Below, piece after piece: positions 18,684 through 28,100 of a stretch of 64,000 nt of DNA; the stretch's first letter is position 1; each line of letters opens with the position of its first letter. This stretch comes from a virus (Duplodnaviria > Caudoviricetes). Under the pieces are notes generated by a model. The model was not told where the DNA came from. It saw nothing but the letters and a program-made list of their open reading frames with translations, and made no database searches. The DNA lies in the IMG/VR virus record IMGVR_UViG_3300046514_000337, positions 1,423-65,422 of that record; one strand, written 5' to 3'. Both the position numbers and the translations under genes were made by a program.

Positions 18684-19564
18684 CAGTGGTCCGAATACGT
18701 TATGAACCCCGAGACATTCCCGGCACCGCTTTGGATTAAGCAAAGATGGTCAGCCGAGACTTTCATCTGGATAATAGGCATGAAACTCGTGGCGGAAAAA
18801 CCACCGTTTGCCGCTACCTGCGTTGTGCCTCCGCTCCCACCAAGAAGGTAAGCGGTTCCTGTCCCGCAAACCGATCCTGTGCCCTCATTAATGGAGATTC
18901 CTTGCTGACTCGCAGATACGAGGACGATCGAACAAATGTAGCCCGTCGCCGACATTGTGTGGAGGTCGGTAGAAGTTGTCTGGTTAACTGCGAGCGTGTT
19001 GGGACAACCGGCGTTTGTCCCAGCTACGATAGCGCCCTGTGCCGCGTTCAGGATGCCCCGCAACAAGCTGTCGACCGTCCACGATCCGCCAGTACCGCTC
19101 GTTGCCGCGCTGTCGCCCTTTGCGCCCAGCGTGACGCTCGATCCGTCGGCAATCGACGTTCCTACCGGCGTCATCGAGGCGATGCCCTGGATGGTGATGA
19201 CATCCGCCGAGGCCGTGCCTGCGGTTCCGAGTGCAGGTTGCTTCGCCGCCGTGGCCGCTCCCGTTGGCAGCGTGATCGTGCCGCTGATGTTGGTGATGTT
19301 CCACGTTCCGCTCTCGGCAGCAAGCAGCGGCGTCATCGAGGCGATGCCCTGAACGGTCAGCACGCCAGCATTGGCCGATCCGGCCGTGCCCAGGATCGAG
19401 AGGCCGGCCGCATCAGAGAGAAGAACCTGTGCTTCTAGAACGCCAGCCCCGACGTCTTTGTAGTGCAGCGTAGTTCCGCTGCCAGCCGTAACCGTGAGGT
19501 TGTCGGCGGCGAAGGCAGAACCGAACGGTAGCGCCAGCAGCGACGCGAGGAAAAGCCGCTTCAT
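18683..19564 (-). CDS. secreted fibre-like protein
   Basis: MKRLFLASLLALPFGSAFA signal; G/S/T-rich; internal repeat TxQGIASMTP (24-bp DNA repeat 19166-19189 / 19328-19351). Confidence 0.7.
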   Translation of the reverse strand: MKRLFLASLLALPFGSAFAADNLTVTAGSGTTLHYKDVGAGVLEAQVLLSDAAGLSILGTAGSANAGVLTVQGIASMTPLLAAESGTWNITNISGTITLPTGAATAAKQPALGTAGTASADVITIQGIASMTPVGTSIADGSSVTLGAKGDSAATSGTGGSWTVDSLLRGILNAAQGAIVAGTNAGCPNTLAVNQTTSTDLHTMSATGYICSIVLVSASQQGISINEGTGSVCGTGTAYLLGGSGGTTQVAANGGFSATSFMPIIQMKVSADHLCLIQSGAGNVSGFITYSDH

Positions 19565-20349
19565 AGCACCACCGCCACATATTGAGAGTTGCAGGCATCG
19601 GAAAAAACGAGGCTGTTGGAGCACCCACCACCGCCGGTGACGGTAAAGCTGCCCGATGTGTTCGCAACAAACGTGTGCGGCTGCTCGCGCACACCGACGA
19701 CATGCGGGCCGGCAGAGGCGATCACTACATCAGCCGCAGTGGAGATCCACGCACCGGCCCCGATCGTAGGCGACACCAGCGCCGCGAAAGCCCCGCCGTC
19801 CACGTTGTAGTCCACGCCGGTCGGCGCGGTGCCCGTGTAGGTGCCGGAGATGTCGAAGCCAACTCCTGCGGTTTGCGGCGATGGCGTCGCCACGGCGATC
19901 GTCTGCGTCGGCGGGGCAGGACTTGTCCCACCACCCCGCATCGACAGGTAGCCCGTGCCAATCTGGATGGTAAGGACCTGCGTGCCGCTGCCCGAAATAC
20001 CAGCCAGGTATGTTGCAGTTCCAACGGCAATTGTCATCTTTTGGCCCGCTGCGACCGGCTGCCCGTTCGCCGTCGTAACCGTTACGCTGCTGTCCCCGAG
20101 GCGGACGAAAACAACGTCCGTGCCGGTATTGGTGATCCCAATGTTTGGGCCACCAGCCGGCAACGCCACGCGCGAACTGCTTCCCGTCGCCGAGAGCGTC
20201 GCGTAGCCTCCCGCAACGCTCACGAACGGCTGCGGCGAGACAACGGGCACGGTAGCCCCGTTTGGGGTGATTGCCGTGCTTTGCGCCCGCGCGCCCCCCG
20301 CCATCCCGACGAGCAGCAGCGTGGCAACAATGAGGAGACGAGCGGCCAT
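19561..20349 (-). CDS. secreted protein with beta-sandwich and Ig-like domain
   Basis: MAARLLIVATLLLVGMAGGARA signal; C-terminal Cys pair. Confidence 0.7.
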   Translation of the reverse strand: MAARLLIVATLLLVGMAGGARAQSTAITPNGATVPVVSPQPFVSVAGGYATLSATGSSSRVALPAGGPNIGITNTGTDVVFVRLGDSSVTVTTANGQPVAAGQKMTIAVGTATYLAGISGSGTQVLTIQIGTGYLSMRGGGTSPAPPTQTIAVATPSPQTAGVGFDISGTYTGTAPTGVDYNVDGGAFAALVSPTIGAGAWISTAADVVIASAGPHVVGVREQPHTFVANTSGSFTVTGGGGCSNSLVFSDACNSQYVAVVL

Positions 20350-20419
20350 CAGAGCACTCCTTCGGAGGTGCGGGGTGTAGCACGGGCGGAGAGGGGATGG
20401 GGAGATATCGGGCATTCAC

Positions 20420-21364
20420 TTAGCACCCCGCCGACGACAGGCCCCACGCAGTCCGCTGATTCGTGCAAAGCGCGGTGCGAACCCCAGCCGTCACCGCGAC
20501 ATTATCTATAAAACCCATCTCCACGGCATTGATCGGATCGGAGGCGGATGCGCTCGGACTAAACGCACGTGACGTGAAGGCTTGCGAGACCCCCGTTACG
20601 GTGCCCGTCGTATCTGCTCCGTCGATGGAAAGCACAGATGATGCACCATTCACAACCCCGATCATCGAGTGCCACACAGTACTGCCCGAAACCGTTATGA
20701 CCCCCGACGCACCGGCAAGCTGATAGCCGCATCCCGTCGCACCACCGCTCGTTTGAACCGTCATTCTATTGCCACTACCCGCGCCATTCCCGCTCTCTAC
20801 CATGGAAAACCACGCGCCAGTTGCACCACATGTGGGCCGCTGAAAGACCTGCATAATCGTGGTTACAACGGAAGATGTGAAAGACGCTCCAACTAAAACC
20901 GAAGTGGTCTGTCCCGTCGGTCCCTGCATGCACGGGAACGAAGTATTAATGCAGTTTGTTATCAACAGCGGTCGGTTTGCTACCGTTGCCTGAGTCCAAT
21001 TGCTACCGCTCCGCGAACCCTGATTATACGCTATCTTCACATTACACCCAGCCCCTGGGCATGTGTGTGTGCCATCCACGACCGCCGCTATGAGGTAGCC
21101 CGTCAATGGATCGCTAATCAAATCCGAACAACCATCATCGACGCCCGCGGTCGAGTGGCAGGCGTTGATAGCCGGCTTCCCGAGTTTCGCCGCACTACAG
21201 GAACGGACCCCTATCCAATCCGTAAATGGAACCCCGTTCTCAATAGCAATATCGCACGATTGATTATACACGACTACCTGCGGGACCGATTGCCACGAGG
21301 CAGCGGCAGGTGGCGGAGACGCCGCCACCAAACCAAACACCGAAGCGATCAGAAGATGCTTCAA
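20420..21364 (-). CDS. secreted ConA/AbfB-like protein, paralog of 17511-18683
   Basis: TTG start overlapping the upstream stop; signal LKHLLIASVFGLVAA; shares CNV...YNQ, PLL..NCINT..PC and NGASS....DG. Confidence 0.65.
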   Translation of the reverse strand: MKHLLIASVFGLVAASPPPAAASWQSVPQVVVYNQSCDIAIENGVPFTDWIGVRSCSAAKLGKPAINACHSTAGVDDGCSDLISDPLTGYLIAAVVDGTHTCPGAGCNVKIAYNQGSRSGSNWTQATVANRPLLITNCINTSFPCMQGPTGQTTSVLVGASFTSSVVTTIMQVFQRPTCGATGAWFSMVESGNGAGSGNRMTVQTSGGATGCGYQLAGASGVITVSGSTVWHSMIGVVNGASSVLSIDGADTTGTVTGVSQAFTSRAFSPSASASDPINAVEMGFIDNVAVTAGVRTALCTNQRTAWGLSSAGC

Positions 21365-22119
21365 AGTTGGTAGCCCCACGCTGTTACCGATACCACCCCG
21401 CCCGTCCCCGGGGCCGCTGACACCACCGCTATTGCCGTGTTTGTCGCGCTCGAGGGCACGCACGGCATGAACACCTCCTCCGTAACCCCTAGCCCTGCCG
21501 CATTCGGAGCCGTCCACTGCGTGAAATTTATCGTCGCCGTGACAACCCCGGTCACCGTCGCATTCCCAGTCGCCGCAGCCGTGGCGTTCGCGCGGATCGA
21601 GAAGCCGCAGATGTAAGTCTTGAGAGTGGCATTCGCAGCGAGCGTCGCTGTCGTTGCGCCCGTCGTCCCCGTTGCTGTGGCCGTGATCGGGATCGCGCCG
21701 TTAGGATACGGACCGGCAGTGTTGCTCGCAATCGTAGCAAGCGATGTGTTGGCGGTGGTTTGGAGCGTCGATGTGGCAGGATTGGCCGGGAAATTGGTGA
21801 CAGATGCATTGACGCCCGGAACCAACACAGCACCAGGCGATGTGCCGTAGTTTGCCATCGCCCCAAGCGTGCCGCCGCCCCATGTCGTAATGCTGTCCAC
21901 CCAGGGCACCGTACCCTGTGTGACCGAACCGCCGCCGCCGCCGCCGCCGCCCGCCGTACATAGCGTGCCGGTCTGATCCATCGTGATGATGCCGAAACCC
22001 AGCGGATAACCAGCCGTGCCGCAGGTGGCAAGGACACGCCCGCTAACGTCCTGAGCGTGTGCGTCCCCCGCCAACCAAGCGATCAGTAGCGCAGCGGCAA
22101 CGAGGAGGCGAGCAGCCAT
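21361..22119 (-). CDS. secreted fibre-like protein
   Basis: MAARLLVAAALLIAWLAGDAHA signal; T/A/G-rich; C-terminal YICGF beta domain resembling that of 18683-19564 (YICSI). Confidence 0.7.
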   Translation of the reverse strand: MAARLLVAAALLIAWLAGDAHAQDVSGRVLATCGTAGYPLGFGIITMDQTGTLCTAGGGGGGGGSVTQGTVPWVDSITTWGGGTLGAMANYGTSPGAVLVPGVNASVTNFPANPATSTLQTTANTSLATIASNTAGPYPNGAIPITATATGTTGATTATLAANATLKTYICGFSIRANATAAATGNATVTGVVTATINFTQWTAPNAAGLGVTEEVFMPCVPSSATNTAIAVVSAAPGTGGVVSVTAWGYQL

Positions 22120-22168
22120 CAGGGCACTCCTTCAGATGTGCGGGGTGTAGCACGGGCGGAGCAGGCGG

Positions 22169-25100
22169 TCACGGCGGGGCTCCCATGGTGATGCGGCCCT
22201 TTGCGTTCTCCTTCATCCTGGCACGCAGGGCGCGGATGTCCTGCCGCTGCTGATATGCTTCCCCGCGCTGTGGATTGGTGATCGACTGCGGGGCCGGTTG
22301 AATGCCGAAGAAGTTGAGCGCCTGCGTCAGCGACGACGCCCCCGCTTCCCACGTTTTCAACCAGCCGCGCCAAGAGAACGGGATGGCTTGGTTCAGCAGG
22401 TATTCAGGGTAGGATACCATCGGATTGTCTACGCCAGGCATATTGATGATGCCGCCGTAGTAATCTCGGTTCTTGCCCAACTCAATGCCGGTCTCAAAAA
22501 GCGGCTGGGTTTTATTTCCGATCGTGCCAAGCGGGTCGTTCTTAAACGCCATCACGTCCTTGATGTAGCCGGGTAGCGTCGTGCGATCTGGCACTCCAGG
22601 CTGCGTTTCTGAGCCAGTCCTTGGGTAAAAGTAGTCCAGCAGCGATTGCGGTCCCTGTCCGGTCATCGCATAATTCAGGAGTGCGCCGTACATGCCGGTG
22701 ATGATCGGCATGGCGATGACATAGGCCATGCGGTTCGTCAGTTCTGGCTTCCGGCCCCGCACCATGTCACCAACGGCCTTCACAGCATCGACACCGCCAC
22801 CGCCGATCTCGCGCACACTGCCGAGGTTCCACCCCACCGAGCGCGTCGTGATGAACGCCAAGTCCTTCGACACCTTGTTCCAGAACAGGTTATCGTAGAC
22901 GAGTTGCCCCATTCTGTTGTCCACGCTGTCCCATGCCTTCGTCATGGCGGCGGCGAACTGTTCGTCGGTGGCTTCTGGATTGCGGCGGAGGAAATCCGAG
23001 GCGAGTTCGGAGAAGACCCCGAGCTTGGCGCGCGGAACCATGACGCCCATAAGCGGCTGATTAAGTGTATCGATGAAACGGCCCACAATACGGAGGGGAG
23101 CAGCGATCGGCGTGTCCTTCGCCATCTGCCAGGCGTCATGCAGTATTCCTGATGGATTTTTCAGATCGCCCATGTTCTTGATGAACGAGCCGGCCGCTGT
23201 GGAGCGGTAGAACGGATCCATGGCAATCCGCCCACCGCCCTTGACGAGCGCCTGCACGAGACGCCGCATCTCTGGGCTGGCGTTCTCCGGGTGTAGATAC
23301 GCCTCCCGCAGTGCCGAGCCGCGCGCCACCGTCGAGAAGATCGTCGTCGGCGACAGCCCCTTGGCCATCGTTCCCAGCCCACGGATCGGCTCACCGCGGC
23401 TCAATTGCTGGATGCCGAGCGCCAGCTTGCTCATCATCGTGTCGAAGGCGATGAACGTGGCGTGGAAGCCGCTGAACGAAAGCTGCGCCGAGTTCAGGGC
23501 ATTGCCGGCCCCGCGAACCGCATCATAGATTGACGAGTGTCCGGCCAATCCGCGCGACACGTAGTTGTTGAAGACGCGCGCCACCTGTTCCGGCGCCCAC
23601 CAATTGCCGTATTCCTTGCGGCCATACTCGCCCGGCTCGGTGACGCGAGGCTGGAATGCTGTGTCGTCGAGCTTTGCGTAACCGGACGCCCGCGCCGCGC
23701 CCTCATCATTGTAGGGCACCCAATGCGCAAGCCCGCTGTTCTTGATGTCCTCAGCCAGCTTCACGCCATGATAGAAGCGCTGCATTTCGTACAGCTTCAG
23801 CAACTGCATCTCGATCGGGTTCTTTGTAACCGGGATCAGCCCGGCATCCATGCCCTCGCGCTGCGTGTCGAACGTGCGCTGCTTCAGGAACGCACCGCTG
23901 CCCTTGAGTGGTGACTTGCCCCGCGCCTGTGCCTGCGCGATGCCTTCGCCACGGGCCTGAGCCGCCGCTTCTTCGGCCTCGATGCCCGCCTTCCACTCTG
24001 GGTAGTTCGCCCAGATATGCCCCATGTAATTCTCGCGCAGCGTCTTCAGGTATTCGGGGCCTAGCGAGCGGATTTTCTGCGCCCACTGTCCCTGCTGCTG
24101 GCGAAGTGCGTCGATGACTTGGTTCAGTTCCGGCGTTGGCTGCGCTTCCCCGCGCTCGCGGCGGTCAGTGATAGCGAGTTGTTCCGCCTCGGGCAGCCGA
24201 GCGATCATGTGCCCGAACCGCTCGAGCGCATCCGTGGATCTGGCGTTCGCTTGGGCACGCTCAGCCGATGACGCGCGGATCAGATGCTCCGTGCTCTTGG
24301 CCTGCGGCCCGCGCGATGTCGGGGAGAAGAGTTGCTTGACCTCATCGGCTACGCGCTTGGCGAAGCCGAGGCGATCTTTGGCGGCGGCGGCGAGCGGCAA
24401 CTCCTTCTCCCGCCGCCCCATCTGTGCCTCTGGCGCCGGCCTCCGCCCCTGCGCCGTCTCAAACCGCTGCGCTGCCGCCTGGCTCTCTGCCAGCGACGGC
24501 GCATGAGCAGCCGGCTCGCGCGCACCGATCTCTCCGCGCTGCATCGCGCCGAACACGTCCTCCGCCGTGCGGAAGCCTCGCCCAGCGAGCGCATTGCGGA
24601 GCCGGTCGAAGAACTGCGTGATCTTCGCCCCGAGCCGCTGGATGATCGGCACCGTGGCCTTCGGTGTCGTGGAGTAGCGCGCGAACTCCTCCGCGATGGC
24701 CTCGCGCATCTGCTGCTGCGGCGTCTGCTCGGGGTAGCGCTCGGCGATGCGGTGCTGCTCTGCCCAGTTGCCTCGTTGCGCTGCCGCCTCGAGCGCCTTC
24801 ATCTCGCCGGGCTTGAACACGCCCAGCGCCTCGAGGGCATGCACCGCTTCGTGGTTCAGGTTCCACGCGGTGCGTTCCGGCTCGATCGCTGCGCGGATCA
24901 GGCGGCCCAGTGTGTAGCCGAACACCTGCTCCTCGTGCCCGTCGGGGAAGCGGACGCGGAAAGCGTCGTGCGCGGCGTCGTACGTCTCAATACGTACGGA
25001 CTTGCCCGCGATGCGTTGAGCGGTCTCTACGGCTGCGCGGACGGCTTCCGGGTGGGGGCGCTCATCGGCTGCTGTTGGCTCACGGCGTCCGAACTCGGGC

Positions 25101-28100
25101 GCGCCTTCATGAACGCCGCCGCCTTCCGGGCGAACGCCTTGATCTCCGCGTCCGACATCGGCTTCTCCTCCGGGTCCGGGTCGCTGATCCAGGGAGCCCA
25201 CTGCGCGGGCGATGGCATCTTCGGGCACTCCTTTGCTGCGGGCGAGGTCACTGATAGCCGTCGCGTAATCGACGTTGATTCCCTCGCTGTCCCGTCCCCC
25301 GAGCTTACCATAAAGCTCCTTCTCCGGATACCACAGAATGGCCTGAAGATCAGCGTTGGTGAGGTTGATCCCCTCTTGCGCGAGCAGCTCGCGGGTTCTG
25401 GCAACGCGCTCTCGTATCCACTGCCGCTGCGCGCCGGATTTGGGTGTCTCGTTAAGACCGTCCTTACCGGCAACCACGCGCTCCGCCGCGAGGACTAGTT
25501 CTGACTTGGTGTACTTGCCAGAGTTGTAGTCTTCGCGGTTAGCGTTGAAGTGCTTTTCATGTGCGTCAAAGATGCGGTTGGCTTCTTTCAGCAACCCCGG
25601 CGTCGTTTGCGGAACCTTCATCTGGTTCAGCGCCATTTCTGTCCGCAGTCGCTCCTGCTGCTTCGCAACCACCTCCGGTGATAGCCCGACCAACGTCCCG
25701 GTAAGCCTTCCCCATGTCCGCATGAACCACAGGTCCATGGCGACCGGATTATAGTTGCCGTTGAGGTTCTGGTAGAAGCCTTGGCCGATCTTTGGCCCGA
25801 GAATGGCCGACCCTTTGACCGCCGTGTCCAGGTTCTCGCCACCAATCTTGTGGCCCATGGCTGTCAGTTCTCTGACCGTGAAGTCCCTGGAAAGGAAGTC
25901 GCGCAAGCCATCTACCCCGCGGCCAGGCGCAATCTGTTCATGCGCGTCCATCAGCGCGTTTAGCTTGGCAAAATTGCGGTTCATCGCCGCCGCTTTTTTT
26001 GCCTTGATGTCCGTCGGGAAACGCCCGTTTTCCTTGAAGTATGCGTAGGCTGGCTCTGCCAACCGCACGTTCAAGGGGACAGTCTCGCCCTGGCTGGTGA
26101 TCGCGAGCGCTGCCGTAAAGCCCATCCGCGCGTTCGGATCTGTCTCGATTTCCGGGTGAATGGTGGTAGCCGCCGCCATCGCCTGGCGCACTTTCCGTGT
26201 GTACCAGTCGAAGCCCGAGCCGCCCGTTCCCCACGCTCGTTGCAACGCTGCTTTGGCTTCGGACGCGAGTGAACGCGACAGCAGTTCATCGGTGTGCGGC
26301 GCGGGACCTTCGATCTTTCCCGACCGAATGCCGAGCATTCTGAGCGCGGATTGACCGCGTTCCATAAGTTGCCGACCTACAGTCGGAACGGCAACCGAGC
26401 GCAATGGCATGGCCGGATAGCGCGGATCAAGAAGATCGAGGGACGAAAGATTACGCTCAAGTTGCTGCCTGACCCCGACTGGATTGGCGCCGGCAAAGCC
26501 GCGGCGTCCGAACAGCGGGTTCTGCTCCGTCTCCTTCGGTGCAAACAGCCCTTCGTCCGCCGGCTTCTGCCCCCCGCGCGGTCCTGCTTGGTCGCGCGCC
26601 GCCTGCGCCTGCACCGCCGATGGCTCGGTGCCCAGCAGCCCAAGTTGGCGCGGATCGTTGCGGATCGTCGGTTCGGCTGTTTGCGCCGTCGCGCGCTCTG
26701 GAGGCAGGATCTGCACCGCCTCGTATGCGCGGTCATAGCGCGCCATGAGGGCGTCACGGGCTTTGCGAGCCGTAAGGTATTCATCATCCCCGATTTTGCG
26801 CGATCGGTAATCAGCCAATGTCTGCTGGTAGGATGGCTCCCCTGCCCGGAATGCTGCGTCCGCATCCGTGAGTTCTTGCCTGATTTGCTGCGGTGATCGT
26901 TCACCCAGTAACGGCGCACCAGATTGCGGCGGAACAGGCAGCCGCCGCCCGAACGGCACATCCTCGACGTTGCTTCCGAACCGCGTCGCCTCGTGGATCG
27001 CCTGCGCAACCGGCATCCCGTACTGCGCAAGCTGCACCGCATGATCCAGCGTCGCCCCGCCGAGCTGCACACCAGCGTCGTCAGCCGCCATGCGCACGTC
27101 TTCCGTCAGCGCCTCACGCCGCGCTTCCTCGCGCCCAGTAACATCAACGCCCGGCGTGATTTGCTCCGGCAGATGATTGCCGTATTGCTTCTGCCCCTTC
27201 AGTTCGCGGCTGACGAGATCAAGGAAATCGCCGATGGTGCTGTCCATTGGCAAGAAGCCAGCCTCGGCCGCAGCCTCCCGCGCGTAGTCGAGTTGCATCC
27301 CAGTTTTGCGCACGAGCCCGGGGCGAGCAATGTGCGCATCCATGGCGCGGAGATCGCCATGCGGCTGCAGACCACCGCGTTCGATTAGGAATGGCAGCAG
27401 CGAGGTACCGGGATCGGGGCGGCCAATTGCACCGATACTGGCGTCATTCGCCGCGCGCGGGGGGCGAAACGCTCCTACGCCTTTCTCGAAAGCATCGACC
27501 GCATGTTTCGCGGCCTGCTGAGGTTCCGCCCCGCTTTCGGATGCTCTACGATATTCGGCCAGTAGATTACTCAGCGTATTTTCGTAGCCGCTAGGTTGGC
27601 GCATCGCTACATTAGGGAAATCTGCGGTCCCTTCCATAAATTCCGCGAACGCCTCATGCGACGCGCTTTCCGCTTCTAAGTGCCCAACTCCGCCTTCCAT
27701 AGCATCGGCATACACGCGGTCGGCGTAATCCCATGCGGCCTGCTCAATCCGTGACGGCGGTTTGACGGCAGGCGTGGAGCGCACCTCCATCGCCGGACGC
27801 TGATCTGGCGGTACGGCTTCGGGCGCAGTTGCAGGCGGGACAGAAGCAACAGGCGGCGTTGCTTCCATAGGCTTCGGTTCAGGTGGTGTAGCCACGGCTT
27901 GCGCCGTCTGTTCCAACTCGGTGCGCGCCGCCTGATCTGCCCGCTCGACCGGCTGAATGGCTGCCGCTGCTGCCGCTGGCTGCTTCACGGCCTCCGTCGC
28001 CGCCACGCGCTGCGCTGCCTCCGGGCCGATGCCGTCCTCGTTTTCGATCTCCTCTGGCGTCCGCACACGCGGCACGGCGGGCGGGGTCTCTGCCGACGGT

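Larger units (their letters stand above)
20341..22161. repeat. 51-bp imperfect direct repeat (20341-20391, 22111-22161; 47/51 identical) spanning a putative promoter, SD and start codon
   Basis: Read directly; both downstream genes begin MAARLL. Confidence 0.9.

Noticed and set aside
21929-21956. (GCC)n run
   Set aside because: Encodes a poly-Gly linker; a triplet repeat cannot phase-shift the frame
14603-22161. Direct repeats considered as a CRISPR array or DGR template/variable repeats
   Set aside because: Only two copies each, no spacer periodicity, no cas or reverse transcriptase gene, and mismatches are not confined to adenines
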